From Candidatus Scalindua sp. (GTDB lineage Bacteria > Planctomycetota > Brocadiia > Brocadiales > Scalinduaceae): a stretch of DNA of 32,000 bases. Position 1 is the first letter of the stretch, and every line of letters starts with the position of its first letter. The position numbers were made by a program, and so were the translations under genes. Positions 1 through 9,998 of this stretch are shown here, piece by piece. Location: positions 3,030,001 through 3,062,000 of the forward strand of contig JALDRA010000001.1 of assembly GCA_031316235.1 (NCBI GenBank), read 5' to 3'. Below the pieces are notes generated by a model. The model was not told where the DNA came from. It was given only the letters and a program-made list of their open reading frames with translations, and made no database searches.

Positions 1-1
1 T

Positions 2-421
2 ACAAAGGTTTCAGGTGATTTGTACCAGATTTCGAATCAGTTCACTTTAGGAAAGACCGAGAACGAGATTTTAGCTATTATTGAAAGTGTGATTCCGCGT
101 ATCACAAGCTATGAACGGATGGCAAGGAAAGCACTTGTTTTAGAAAGTAAGGAACAGTTAGAGGATAGAATTTGGAGATCATACGGTATGCTCAAGGCAG
201 CACGAATGATTACATCGGAAGAGATACTGCAGTTACTTTCCCAAGTTCGTATGGGAGTGAACCTGGGTTTAATTGATGACATAGAAATGAAGACTCTAAA
301 CGAACTTTTTATTCTAACACTTCCGGGGCATCTGCAGAAATTGCAGGGATGTGAGTTAGATTCTACTCAGAGAAATATTATTCGAGCCTCCTTTGTAAGG
401 AAGAGGCTAGAAGACTTATAA
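2..421 (+). CDS. mcsB: Protein arginine kinase McsB (ATP:guanido phosphotransferase family), C-terminal part. The 5' end lies outside the window.
   Basis: The frame is open from nt 2 (TKVSGDLYQISNQ...), so the TTG at nt 20 in the track is internal. The tail (SNQFTLGKTENEIL..., RMGVNLGLI, ...RASFVRKRL) resembles the McsB C-terminus. It sits 15 nt upstream of clpC, as in mcsB-clpC operons. Confidence 0.8.
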   Translation, partial: TKVSGDLYQISNQFTLGKTENEILAIIESVIPRITSYERMARKALVLESKEQLEDRIWRSYGMLKAARMITSEEILQLLSQVRMGVNLGLIDDIEMKTLNELFILTLPGHLQKLQGCELDSTQRNIIRASFVRKRLEDL

Positions 422-436
422 TAAAGGTGTATAAAA

Positions 437-2911
437 ATGTTTGATAAATTTACGGACAGAGCACGAAAAGTAATGGCACTTGCAAGGGAGGAAGCTAAAA
501 GGTTTAACCATGAGTATATCGGAACCGAGCATATTTTACTTGGTCTGGTTAAAGAGGGTAGCGGTGTTGCTGCAAATGTCTTGCAAAATTTAGATATCGA
601 TCTGAAAAAGATTCGTCTTGAAGTAGAGAAGATTGTGCAATCTGGTCCCGATCTTGTTTCAGTCGGTCAGTTGCCGTTTACCCAGAGAGTAAAGAAAGTT
701 CTCGAATATGCCATGGAAGAGGCAAAGGCTATGGGGCATAATTACATTGGAACGGAACATCAGCTTCTTGGTTTGCTGAGAGAACATGAAGGAGTTGCAG
801 CACAGGTATTGTTGAATTTGGGTGCTAAATTGGAAGATGTAAGAGAGGAAGTGATTGAACTTCTGGGTGCAACATCAGCGCAAGGTGCAAAGGATAAGGG
901 GGACAAAAGAGGTAAATCAAAAACCCCGGCTCTCGATTCCTTTGGGCGTGATTTAACGTTGCAGGCCAGGGAACAATCATTAGATCCTGTGATTGGAAGG
1001 CAGGCTATTATCGAAAGGCTCATTCAGGTCCTCAGTCGCCGTACAAAGAATAATCCCGTCTTATTAGGAGAAGCGGGAGTAGGGAAAACGGCTATCGTGG
1101 AGGGCCTGGCACAAGCTGTGGTCAGCGGTGGAGTTCCCGAGCTGTTGCGTGATAAAAGGATAGTAGCGCTAGATCTTGCAATGATGGTAGCTGGCACAAA
1201 ATATCGAGGTCAATTTGAAGAAAGAATTAAAGCGGTAATGACAGAGGTTCGCAGGGTAAAGAATGTAATTCTTTTTATTGATGAATTGCATACCCTGGTA
1301 GGTGCGGGTGGCGCAGAAGGTGCGATAGATGCTTCCAACGTTCTTAAACCGGCGCTTTCTCGGGGAGAAATACAATGCATAGGTGCTACGACTCTTGATG
1401 AATTTAGAAAATATATAGAAAAAGATGGTGCCCTTGAGAGAAGATTTCAGACGATTTTAGTTGATCAGCCTTCAAAGGAGGAAACGGTTGAAATTCTTAA
1501 AGGGCTAAAAGGAAGGTATGAATCTCATCACAGGGTCCAGATAACAGATGGTGCCATAATGGCTGCGACGGACCTTGCAGTACGGTACATTACCGGCAGA
1601 TATCTTCCTGATAAAGCTATAGACGTTATCGATGAGGCAGGTGCCCGTGTCAGGTTAAAAGCGACAACCCATCCTCCGGATTTAAGGTATATCGAGGAGG
1701 AGATAGAGAAGCTTAACAAGGAGAAAGACGAGTCTGTTGCATTGCAAGATTTTGAAAGAGCAGCAAAACTGCGAGACAAAGCAGACAAATTGAAAAAGAA
1801 AAAGGTGAACATTGAAAAAGAGTGGCGTGAGAAACATTCAGAAATTGAAGGTATAGTAGATGAGGATGTTGTAACTGAAGTTGTTTCAACTATGACTGGA
1901 ATACCACTAACACGAATGGAGGAAGAGGAAGCTGAGAAATTACTTGATCTTGAAAATGTTCTCCGCAGAACGGTTGTAGCCCAGGAGGAAGCGATTAGTG
2001 CTGTCGCAAAGGCTGTGAGAAGGTCGCGTGCCGGTTTAAAGAATCCAAACAGACCGAATGCCAGCTTTATCTTTATTGGGCCTTCAGGTGTGGGGAAGAC
2101 GCTTCTGTCGAAGGCCCTGGCCAGGTTTTTGTTTGGTTCTGATGACGCGTTGATTCAAATAGATATGTCAGAATATATGGAGAGACATAATATATCCAGA
2201 TTGATTGGTGCTCCTCCTGGTTATGTTGGATTTGAGGAAGGTGGTCAGTTGACTGAAAAGATAAGGAGAAGGCCTTATGCCGTTGTTCTCCTTGATGAGA
2301 TAGAGAAAGCGCATCCTGATGTTTTCAATATGCTGTTGCAGGTTATGGAAGAAGGTCGTTTGACAGACAGTGTCGGACGTCATATTGATTTTCGTAATGT
2401 AATTATCATTATGACTTCAAATATTGGCGGGGATATTATCAAGAATATGGCGTCTTTGGGATTTAAGAAAACTACCGGGAAACAATCTTATGAATCTGTC
2501 CGGGAGCAGTTGTCGCAAGCGGTTGAAAAACATTTTCGTCCTGAATTTATCAACAGGGTTAATGAGATCGTAGTGTTTAGAGATCTTGAGAAGGAGGATC
2601 TGAAAAAGATTATTGAGATAGAGCTCGAAGGGATACGGTCGAGACTAACCAAATACAATATAACAATATCGATTACACAGGAAGCACTTGATTATATCAT
2701 TGAAAAAAGCTATAAACCACATTTCGGGGCAAGACCACTGCACAGAAGTATTGAAAGTTTTATAGAAAACCCTCTCTCAGAGGAGATTCTTAAAAAAAGA
2801 TTTAAGAGTAACGATTCTATTATAATAGAGTTGCGGAACGGGAAACTGGTTTTTGAAGAGCTGGCAGTTAAGGATGAATTGGTTTCTGCTCATCTCAATG
2901 ACGACAAATAA
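437..2911 (+). CDS. clpC: ATP-dependent Clp protease ATP-binding subunit ClpC (class III stress AAA+ unfoldase)
   Basis: 824 aa. Double Clp_N repeat ([13 protein letters not shown] / [13 protein letters not shown]). Two Walker A motifs ([16 protein letters not shown]) and two Walker B motifs ([17 protein letters not shown]). UVR-like linker ([19 protein letters not shown]). AGGTG SD 8 nt upstream of the ATG. Confidence 0.95.
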   Translation: MFDKFTDRARKVMALAREEAKRFNHEYIGTEHILLGLVKEGSGVAANVLQNLDIDLKKIRLEVEKIVQSGPDLVSVGQLPFTQRVKKVLEYAMEEAKAMGHNYIGTEHQLLGLLREHEGVAAQVLLNLGAKLEDVREEVIELLGATSAQGAKDKGDKRGKSKTPALDSFGRDLTLQAREQSLDPVIGRQAIIERLIQVLSRRTKNNPVLLGEAGVGKTAIVEGLAQAVVSGGVPELLRDKRIVALDLAMMVAGTKYRGQFEERIKAVMTEVRRVKNVILFIDELHTLVGAGGAEGAIDASNVLKPALSRGEIQCIGATTLDEFRKYIEKDGALERRFQTILVDQPSKEETVEILKGLKGRYESHHRVQITDGAIMAATDLAVRYITGRYLPDKAIDVIDEAGARVRLKATTHPPDLRYIEEEIEKLNKEKDESVALQDFERAAKLRDKADKLKKKKVNIEKEWREKHSEIEGIVDEDVVTEVVSTMTGIPLTRMEEEEAEKLLDLENVLRRTVVAQEEAISAVAKAVRRSRAGLKNPNRPNASFIFIGPSGVGKTLLSKALARFLFGSDDALIQIDMSEYMERHNISRLIGAPPGYVGFEEGGQLTEKIRRRPYAVVLLDEIEKAHPDVFNMLLQVMEEGRLTDSVGRHIDFRNVIIIMTSNIGGDIIKNMASLGFKKTTGKQSYESVREQLSQAVEKHFRPEFINRVNEIVVFRDLEKEDLKKIIEIELEGIRSRLTKYNITISITQEALDYIIEKSYKPHFGARPLHRSIESFIENPLSEEILKKRFKSNDSIIIELRNGKLVFEELAVKDELVSAHLNDDK

Positions 2912-2946
2912 TTAATTTTCTCCATATTGAGTTTTTACAGAAAAAA

Positions 2947-2968
2947 GGGGCTAAGTGCCCCTTTTTTT
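2947..2968 (+). terminator. Rho-independent terminator after clpC
   Basis: GGGGC-TAAGT-GCCCC hairpin (2947-2961) followed by T7 (2962-2968) and preceded by A6. It starts 36 nt after the clpC stop codon. Confidence 0.8.
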
Positions 2969-3056
2969 GTTGATTTTCCTTCTCCCTTTTCAATAAGAAT
3001 GTTTAAGTTTGTAATAATTATACTCAGAAGTCTCGTGTTTTTCTGTCATTAATGAA

Positions 3057-4424
3057 ATGATGTCTGTCATGTCTAAATTGAATATTATATATGTCTGTCA
3101 GGAATGTGGCTGGAATTCTCATAAATGGATGGGGAGGTGTTCCAGTTGTGGGGAGTGGGATACTATGATAGAAGAGAAGTATGGAATCTCATATAACCCA
3201 AAACAGCCCAGGTTTTATAGCGAAAAACCGGTCCCCTTATCAAATGTAAAAGTAGTCAACAAGCTGAGAATAAAAACTGAGATTGATGAATTCGATAGAA
3301 TACTTGGCGGAGGAATTGTAAAAGGTTCAGCAGTCCTGATTGGTGGAACACCTGGTATTGGAAAATCGACAATTCTTTTGCAGGTGTGCCAGCAAATAGG
3401 TAAACAGGGATTTGTGTCATTGTATATAACAGGGGAGGAATCAATCGGACAACTTAAATTACGTGCCGAAAGAATTTCTGTGACATCTGACCACATTTTT
3501 TTGGTTGCAGAAAACAATCTACCTGCTATTTTTGAACACATAAAGGAGATAAAGCCAACACTCGTTATCATAGATTCAATACAGACAATGTTCAATCCGG
3601 ATATTGGATCAGCGCCAGGAACGGTATCGCAGGTAAGGCAATGTGCACATGAACTCATATATATGGCAAAAAAGGCCGGTTCTTCTGTTTTTTTTGCCGG
3701 ACATGTGACAAAGCAAGGTGCAATAGCCGGACCTAAAGTCCTGGAACATTTAGTAGATACGGTTTTATACTTTGAAGGGGAGAGATTTATGTTTTACCGA
3801 GTGCTTCGGGTAGTAAAAAACCGATTTGGATCAACAAACGAGATTGGAATTTTTGAAATGAGCCGAAATGGGCTGAAAGAGGTTAAAAATCCCTCTGAAA
3901 TTTTTCTGTCAACGAAACAGGAATTACATTCAGGGTCTACGGTTATCTCTTGCATTGAAGGAACAAGAGCCTTACTTGTCGAGGTTCAATCACTAGTAAC
4001 AAAATCAAATTTCGGTATTCCGGAACGTAAGGTGAGCGGTGTCGATTATAACCGTGTTGCTATGATAATGGCCGTGTTACAAAAAAGAATTGGAATTCTA
4101 TTAGGGAGTTATGATATCTTTGTCAATGTTGTGGGTGGTGTAAAGGTTGAGGAGCCTGCTGCGGACCTCGGAATAGCAATTGCGATTGTGTCAAGTTTCA
4201 GGGATAAGGAGATTCCGAGTCATTCCGTTTTTATTGGAGAGTTAGGGCTTGGTGGTGAGGTGAGAGGTGTTAACCAGTTTGATACAAGAATAAAAGAAGC
4301 TGAGAAACTCGGATTTAGAAGCATATATTTCCCTAAAGATAATGATAGAGAGATTTCAGGATCAAAAACGCTCAAAATGCAGAATATCGCTTCTCTCAGG
4401 GAAGCGATTGATAAGATCTGGTAG
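3057..4424 (+). CDS. radA: DNA repair protein RadA/Sms
   Basis: N-terminal zinc ribbon CQECG...CSSCGEW. Walker A GTPGIGKST. KNRFG motif (VVKNRFGSTNEIG). Lon-like C-terminal domain (GEVRGV). The start could instead be ATG 3069 (MSKLNIIYVC...). Confidence 0.93.
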   Translation: MMSVMSKLNIIYVCQECGWNSHKWMGRCSSCGEWDTMIEEKYGISYNPKQPRFYSEKPVPLSNVKVVNKLRIKTEIDEFDRILGGGIVKGSAVLIGGTPGIGKSTILLQVCQQIGKQGFVSLYITGEESIGQLKLRAERISVTSDHIFLVAENNLPAIFEHIKEIKPTLVIIDSIQTMFNPDIGSAPGTVSQVRQCAHELIYMAKKAGSSVFFAGHVTKQGAIAGPKVLEHLVDTVLYFEGERFMFYRVLRVVKNRFGSTNEIGIFEMSRNGLKEVKNPSEIFLSTKQELHSGSTVISCIEGTRALLVEVQSLVTKSNFGIPERKVSGVDYNRVAMIMAVLQKRIGILLGSYDIFVNVVGGVKVEEPAADLGIAIAIVSSFRDKEIPSHSVFIGELGLGGEVRGVNQFDTRIKEAEKLGFRSIYFPKDNDREISGSKTLKMQNIASLREAIDKIW

Positions 4425-4440
4425 AGAAAGGTGTTGAAAC

Positions 4441-5316
4441 ATGAAAATACAAAAATACGTTTGTGTTAAGGTTGTTGTTTTATTTATGACGATTTTTTTG
4501 TTAGCTGGGTGTATGTTTAACAAGCCGGTTAAAAAAAGCAATATAGTTGGGGCCACAATTCAGGAACAGGGAATATCCGTTGAATTGCGGGAAGAGCTCG
4601 ATGAGAACGATACGGTTATAAAAAAGAACTTTAACCATCCCTATTATTTTACTAATGAAGGGTTGAACAAGATCCTTTCTTCTGTTTTCTTTAGGCAAAG
4701 AGGCTTATTGTCTGGTAAAGGGAGAAAAAGGTTATTCAGGATGGAGGAGTTACAAAAGATTGTGCCTCCAATCATGAATGCATTTGCAATGGCTACCGAT
4801 TCACAAGATATTTTAGTGCTTTCTTCTTCGCACAAGATTCTCTTGACAGACAATCAAAGCTATTTTAGTATGTTTATAAAAAATGAAGAGCTTAACATCG
4901 TTTTCGGCTCAATCCATAGCAAGAAGAGCTATAACGACTCGAAAGCGTTTGCCGGGAGAAATACAAATAAGTTGGAAGACCCTCTTGATGCAAAAGGGAG
5001 CTCTTTCTGGAGTTTAATACCTATGGGAGGTCAAAGGCTTCATAAAGGGCATAAAAATTGGCTCATAATTGATCTCAGTAACGATATGTTTGGTGTTACT
5101 GGCGATACAGAAATCGAAACTGGTGAAAAGAGCCCCATGAGGAATATCTCATCAACGGGAAGCAAACTGGTTACTGATGAAAGACTTGTAGAAGAAAAGA
5201 AAAAGTATCAGGGCGTACGGGAAAAACTGCGGGGTTTAAAAGACCTGAAAGACGAAGGGCTCATATCTGAAGAAGATTATGAGGTGAAAAAAAAGGAACT
5301 GTTGGGTGAATTTTAA
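4441..5316 (+). CDS. Lipoprotein of unknown function with one C-terminal SHOCT-like motif
   Basis: Signal peptide with lipobox LLAG|C (Cys24). C-terminal LKDLKDEGLISEEDYEVKKKELLGEF fits the SHOCT pattern. It is a paralog of the next gene (shared FxHP...SSVFFxxRG, ...LNIxF..., NWLIIDL). Confidence 0.7.
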   Translation: MKIQKYVCVKVVVLFMTIFLLAGCMFNKPVKKSNIVGATIQEQGISVELREELDENDTVIKKNFNHPYYFTNEGLNKILSSVFFRQRGLLSGKGRKRLFRMEELQKIVPPIMNAFAMATDSQDILVLSSSHKILLTDNQSYFSMFIKNEELNIVFGSIHSKKSYNDSKAFAGRNTNKLEDPLDAKGSSFWSLIPMGGQRLHKGHKNWLIIDLSNDMFGVTGDTEIETGEKSPMRNISSTGSKLVTDERLVEEKKKYQGVREKLRGLKDLKDEGLISEEDYEVKKKELLGEF

Positions 5317-5336
5317 AAATTTGTTATAATAACCAA

Positions 5337-6467
5337 ATGTCGTTTAAGAACGTATGCATTATTATTTTGCTTGTTGTTTTCCTGGGTTCAGCAGGATGTT
5401 TAAATCTGGGGAATACCGGAAGTAAAAATTCAAATCAGGGTTCAAGTCTTGACGTATATAACAAAGGGAAATCATATGTCAAGATTAAAGAGCAGAGGGT
5501 CAAAAAAAGAGAACAAACAACCTATTTTGACCATCCAAAACATCTGAACAGTGACTATGTAACCAGTGTAATGTCGTCTGTTTTCTTCAAGGAAAGAGGT
5601 ATCAAAGGATGGGGGAAAGAGCAAAACGTTTTTCAGGAAAGCGAATTATTGAATTTGCTTCCTCATGTAATTGGCGCATTGGCCAAGGCATCTCCTACAC
5701 AATATATCCTCGTAAATTCAAATTATTCAAAAGGAAAAAGTAGATTCCTAAAGACTGAACTGTACACAATCTTTGCTCTGTTTGTTTCGAATGAAAAGTT
5801 GAATATTAGGTTTTCAAGAATTCAGTATGTGCCCGTTTTGGAAAGTGATGATGATGGTATCTTTACGGGTAACAAGATAGTTTTCACAGATCCTTTTAGT
5901 TTGAAGAACAATCCTTCCTGGAAACTAATCCCCCGACCTGGTCAACACCTTAAGGAAGGATATAGTAATTGGCTTATCATTGATTTAGAGAAAGGGGCCT
6001 TTTATAAAGAAGAGAAGAAAAGTGAAGCCTTGTTGAACAGCGAGACGGGTGGTGGGCGTATTCAAGACAAACCAGAGACTCAGCGTATGTATGAGGAACA
6101 CAGGACTCCAACTTTCAGGGGAGAGGAGAAAACAAGTATTAAAGATCAATTGCTGGAACTAAAGGAGTTGGAAAAAACAGGCCTGATAACAAGCGAAGAT
6201 TATGAGCGGAGGAAGGAAGAGATTTTAGTTGGAAAACAGGAGAAAAGTATCAAAGATAAATTTATTGAGCTACGCAATTTAAATGAAGATGGGTATATAG
6301 GCGATATCGATTATGAACGTGAGAAGAGAGAGATTTTAGATGAGTATAAGGTGACCGGGGATAAAATAAAAGAAGTTCTCGCCGAATACCTGGAGTTGCG
6401 TGATGAAGGTTTTATAACTGACGGTGACTATGAATATATAAAGAAGAAACTATTAAAGGGGTTTTAA
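5337..6467 (+). CDS. Lipoprotein of unknown function, paralog of the 4441-5316 product, with three tandem SHOCT-like motifs
   Basis: Signal peptide ending GSAG|C (Cys21). Same N-terminal module as the upstream gene. Three repeats at aa 267-376: ELEKTGLITSEDYERRKEEIL, NLNEDGYIGDIDYEREKREIL, ELRDEGFITDGDYEYIKKKLL. Confidence 0.7.
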   Translation: MSFKNVCIIILLVVFLGSAGCLNLGNTGSKNSNQGSSLDVYNKGKSYVKIKEQRVKKREQTTYFDHPKHLNSDYVTSVMSSVFFKERGIKGWGKEQNVFQESELLNLLPHVIGALAKASPTQYILVNSNYSKGKSRFLKTELYTIFALFVSNEKLNIRFSRIQYVPVLESDDDGIFTGNKIVFTDPFSLKNNPSWKLIPRPGQHLKEGYSNWLIIDLEKGAFYKEEKKSEALLNSETGGGRIQDKPETQRMYEEHRTPTFRGEEKTSIKDQLLELKELEKTGLITSEDYERRKEEILVGKQEKSIKDKFIELRNLNEDGYIGDIDYEREKREILDEYKVTGDKIKEVLAEYLELRDEGFITDGDYEYIKKKLLKGF

Positions 6468-6528
6468 TAACTATTGAAGCCCTCCTTTCTTGTACGCTGC
6501 TGCTCTATCATGGAAAAACATGTTATTG

Positions 6529-7227
6529 TTAAGATATTAATAGCAATGATTCTGCCAGCCTCAGATCTTCACGTGTGGTAATTTTAATGTTATCGTCGCT
6601 TCCTGAGACGATCTTTACCGTGTGTCCGCTTCTTTCAACAACCTCAGCATCGTCTGTAAATTCAATGTCCGTATTCCTGATTTTATCATAGGCATTGAGG
6701 ATAATGTTTCTCCGGAAACCTTGCGGTGTCTGCGCCATCCATAGATTGTGTCTCGGTATTGTTTCGATAATATTGAGTTCTGGATCAGTCTTTTTTACCG
6801 TTGATTTCATTGGTGTCGCTACGATAGCAGCACCAATCTCATATGCTTTTTCGATCACGATTTCTATTGTATTTCTGCTTACAATTGGCCTTACACCGTC
6901 GTGTACTAATACGATCTCTGTGTCAGCATTCATCTGGAGAAGTCCTTCGTAGACGCTGTCTTGTCTCCTCTTTCCTCCGGGAATAATCTTCGAAACGTTG
7001 TAATTCTTGAGTTTATTTGACCATTTTTCAGTAACCGAAGAGATATCATCTTTGTTTACCACAAGGATAATTTCTTTGATTGCTGGTAGTTGAAAAAATT
7101 TATCTAATGTATGGAAGATGATAGGTTTTCCACCTAGCACTAAGTATGGTTTCCGCTTATCCGCCTTCATACGGGCACTGAGGCCCGCTGCGGGTATAAT
7201 CACTGACACGTTTAAATCTTTGGTCAT
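6529..7227 (-). CDS. ispD: 2-C-methyl-D-erythritol 4-phosphate cytidylyltransferase
   Basis: 232 aa. N-terminal IIPAAGLSARM nucleotide-binding motif. VLVHDGVRP and AQTPQGF motifs typical of IspD. Confidence 0.9.
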   Translation of the reverse strand: MTKDLNVSVIIPAAGLSARMKADKRKPYLVLGGKPIIFHTLDKFFQLPAIKEIILVVNKDDISSVTEKWSNKLKNYNVSKIIPGGKRRQDSVYEGLLQMNADTEIVLVHDGVRPIVSRNTIEIVIEKAYEIGAAIVATPMKSTVKKTDPELNIIETIPRHNLWMAQTPQGFRRNIILNAYDKIRNTDIEFTDDAEVVERSGHTVKIVSGSDDNIKITTREDLRLAESLLLIS

Positions 7228-7238
7228 TTTTCAAAGGG

Positions 7239-7712
7239 TTAAAACAGGCTTTCTAATTCCTTGAACAAATCTTCTAGAGATTGGGGTATTACTTTTGTAT
7301 CAGCGATAACGGGCATAAAGTTGGTGTCGCCATTCCACCGTGGAACAATATGTAAGTGTATGTGATCTTCCACCCCAGCCCCAGCAACTTTTCCTAGGTT
7401 CATTCCTATATTAAAACCCTCGGGATTCATCTTTTTCGACAGGATATCTTTCACATTACTGGCAATGGTTAAAAGTTCTAGCATCTCTGAATTGCTTAAA
7501 TTGGATAATTCCTTAATGTGCCTGTTCGGTACCACCATGGCATGTCCGCTATTGTAAGGGTATTTGTTAAGAATGCAAAAGCTCTCCTTGCCTCTGTACA
7601 GGATCAAATTTTTCCGGTCTTGATTATCACCCAATGCCTCACAGAGAAAGCAGCACTCTTCTTTTTCGCCCAAAATATATTCCTTTCTCCAAGGTGCCCA
7701 CAAATTTTTCAT
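7239..7712 (-). CDS. HIT family protein (Ap4A phosphorylase / GalT-like HIT branch)
   Basis: 157 aa. Histidine triad HIHLHIVPRW. N-terminal WAPWRKEYI and CxFC motif. It lies 11 nt upstream of ispD on the same strand. Confidence 0.85.
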   Translation of the reverse strand: MKNLWAPWRKEYILGEKEECCFLCEALGDNQDRKNLILYRGKESFCILNKYPYNSGHAMVVPNRHIKELSNLSNSEMLELLTIASNVKDILSKKMNPEGFNIGMNLGKVAGAGVEDHIHLHIVPRWNGDTNFMPVIADTKVIPQSLEDLFKELESLF

Positions 7713-7828
7713 TGTCTTTCTATCCCCTCAGGGTATCGCACATACCCCTTTGACCATAGGTATCAGTTTGATATCGTTTTCCAACCAAAACTCATTTCGG
7801 TTAACGGGCGGCAACATGTTATGCTGAT

Positions 7829-8566
7829 TTATTGCAGGTAATATGATGGATTTACTGGCACACCATGGAGAAAGATTTTAAAGTGGAGCTTGTCTTGTTC
7901 TGCTCTCCCTGTGCTGCCAGCCATTGCTATCACCTGTCCTTGTTTGATAGTATCATTTTTCTTGACGAGAATCTGGGAAGTGTGTGCATACCACGTGTAC
8001 GAACCATCGTTGTGCTGGAGTACAATAACTTTACCCCAGCCATCCGGAGTGTCAGAGGTTAACGCAACAATTCCTCCTCTTGAAGCTTTTACTGACTGCC
8101 CATTAACGGCTTCTATATCAATGCCGGTACTTTTGCCGCCATCAATCCATTGATCAAAATTAGTTAATATTTTTCCCTGCAAAGGCCATATAAAAGGTTC
8201 TTCTGATTCATCTAGCACTGTTTTTTCAGATGGTGTTGTTTTCGTGTATGATGGTATGCCTGCTGGAATAATGAGGACCTGCCCAGGTTTAATCTTTGTT
8301 ACATCACTTATATGGTTATTATTGATAATAGTGTCTGGAGAAACACCAAAATTATATCCTATTTTCCATAAAGTATCACCCTTCTTAATTGTATACTTTG
8401 TAGAGCCGGACGAAGCGGTTTGAGTCCGTAATGAGTCCAGTTCATCATGAAATTTTAAAGGGGGTGTAGTACTGTGCTCATGTGGTGTTGAACACCCTGA
8501 TAAAGTTTCCAGCAAAATAAAGAGGACAACAATGATGGAAACATCTTTTTCAGAGATAAAGTTCAT
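7829..8566 (-). CDS. LysM domain-containing M23 family metallopeptidase (NlpD-like lipoprotein)
   Basis: Signal peptide with LSG|C lipobox. LysM motif (YTIKKGDTLWKIGYNFGVSPDTIINNNHI...PGQVLIIP). M23 motifs (GIDIEA..., VLQHNDGSYTWYAH, GSTGRAEQDKLHFKI). Confidence 0.9.
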   Translation of the reverse strand: MNFISEKDVSIIVVLFILLETLSGCSTPHEHSTTPPLKFHDELDSLRTQTASSGSTKYTIKKGDTLWKIGYNFGVSPDTIINNNHISDVTKIKPGQVLIIPAGIPSYTKTTPSEKTVLDESEEPFIWPLQGKILTNFDQWIDGGKSTGIDIEAVNGQSVKASRGGIVALTSDTPDGWGKVIVLQHNDGSYTWYAHTSQILVKKNDTIKQGQVIAMAGSTGRAEQDKLHFKIFLHGVPVNPSYYLQ

Positions 8567-8608
8567 TATACCTTTTTGTTATTAGTTTCTTTGTGTTCAA
8601 GACGAAAG

Positions 8609-8680
8609 AGCGGGCGATGGGATTCGAACCCACGGCACCCAGCTTGGGAAGCTGGTATTCTACCACTGAATTACGCCCGC
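8609..8680 (-). tRNA. tRNA-Gly (anticodon CCC)
   Basis: The reverse complement folds by hand into a cloverleaf: GCGGGCG acceptor stem, D-arm ATTC/GAAT, anticodon stem CCAGC/GCTGG with loop TTCCCAA, and T-arm GTGGG-TTCGAAT-CCCAT. CCA is not encoded. Confidence 0.9.
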
Positions 8681-8889
8681 TTTTTTGTTTCTCTCAACTG
8701 CTGGGATTATATCTATAAAATCTTTGCTATGTCAAGGATTAATGTATAGAAAGTTGAAAACAGCCATGTCCTGCAGGTAGAGGAAAAACATCTGAGTCTC
8801 AATTTATTTAATAGTTGTTTTTTTTTTGATTTAGGGATACTATTGACTACACGTTTTATCTTTACATTTTTTGAGGATTGTGTGGCTGT

Positions 8890-9417
8890 ATGAATACCGT
8901 GTTTGAAATTCTGTCAGAAATTGATCCTGATGTAATCAAGGTGGAAAGTCGTAAAAAAAGGACTACTACGGGGACATCAGAAGAAAACAGAGAACAGGAC
9001 AGAAAGGATGCGGAAGCAACTCTTCGTTCTGCCGGTCTAAATGTATGTTCAGGAAAAGTGGTTGAACCTGCGGAAAAATATCTAGTTGAGAAGATAACAG
9101 AAGCCCCGGTGGACAGTTCATCAAAGAATGCTAATCTTGGCATGATGCAGAAAGGTGTTCGCAAGCCTCATTATACCCGGCTGCTGATATTTGACGGTAG
9201 ATTGGTCCTGCAGGTTGCTTGCTGTTTACCATTAAAGGTTGTTGCGGCGAGTATGGATGGAACCCCTGTTTCTGGAAGGATCCTGTTCAGCAGTCACTCG
9301 GAAGAAAGTGGGGGCAAATTGGTATATGAGTTTCAGGGGAAGGGAACTGAGATGATTCTTGACCTAAAACGCGGAGAGAGTGTAAGAGCGCAACGTCTTA
9401 TCTTTAAGAAGATTTGA
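8890..9417 (+). CDS. Hypothetical protein with a charged N-terminal half and a beta-rich C-terminal half
   Basis: The ORF runs 8878-9417. I prefer ATG 8890, which has a GAGGA SD about 12 nt upstream. I recognise no family motif. Confidence 0.5.
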   Translation: MNTVFEILSEIDPDVIKVESRKKRTTTGTSEENREQDRKDAEATLRSAGLNVCSGKVVEPAEKYLVEKITEAPVDSSSKNANLGMMQKGVRKPHYTRLLIFDGRLVLQVACCLPLKVVAASMDGTPVSGRILFSSHSEESGGKLVYEFQGKGTEMILDLKRGESVRAQRLIFKKI

Positions 9418-9518
9418 TAGGGAAACATTCACAGAAAAGGAAGGTGAATAGGGCCCCTTTCCTTGATACAGAAAGGGATAGAGAGTTAAAGGTGTTGTTT
9501 AAAGAGGGGATTATTAAA

Positions 9519-9881
9519 ATGCAAATTCGACAAAAGGCGGGCTTTCTAATCTTCAGTCTTGCTATGGCATGCTGTTCCGTATTATCTGCGCAAGAGGGAG
9601 GAGGCCCGGTCAGATTAAAACACGGTCTACCGAACGTCCTGAAAGTAACAAATGTAAGGGTCTATTCTGATAGTCCCACATCCGCAAAAATAAGTATCTG
9701 GTTAGAGGTGAAAAAGGGAAAGATAGTCAGCGTGAGCCGCGGGGAAGGCGAGTGGTTAATTACGGTGCGTACACGAGGTAAAGTGTCTTCGTATCTGGTA
9801 TCAGAAAAATCATTTAAAATAGTGGGCGAAGAGACAAAATCCGTGAAGGTAAGGGCTATACACTTTGCAGAAGGCGAATAA
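9519..9881 (+). CDS. Hypothetical small secreted protein
   Basis: The track start (TTG 9414) is unlikely. ATG 9519 has an AGAGGGGA SD 8 nt upstream and yields the signal peptide MQIRQKAGFLIFSLAMACCSVLSA|QE. The mature part is about 95 aa and beta-rich. Confidence 0.55.
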   Translation: MQIRQKAGFLIFSLAMACCSVLSAQEGGGPVRLKHGLPNVLKVTNVRVYSDSPTSAKISIWLEVKKGKIVSVSRGEGEWLITVRTRGKVSSYLVSEKSFKIVGEETKSVKVRAIHFAEGE

Positions 9882-9998
9882 TTTTCTTTTCTTTACCCTG
9901 CCGAAGGGATGTTGCCACGCACATAACCCGGTTTGCACGTTTCTGTTTTCCGTTTTTCATTAAATTATTTTCCTATACCAGTTGGAAGTTAACCACCG

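Noticed and set aside
760-2383. Four antisense ORFs inside clpC (760-1023, 1169-1375, 1528-1812, 2168-2383).
   Set aside because: They lie entirely within a strongly supported gene on the opposite strand. They have low-complexity Ser/Leu/Cys-rich translations, which marks them as shadow ORFs. The same reasoning applies to the antisense ORFs inside radA, ispD, the M23 peptidase, tig, the ABC genes, the DUF4340 gene, guaA, the aminotransferase and qNOR.
9883-9935. Possible bidirectional terminator CCCT-GCCGA-AGGG between the orphan gene and clpP.
   Set aside because: The stem is only 4 bp and no U-tract follows on either strand.
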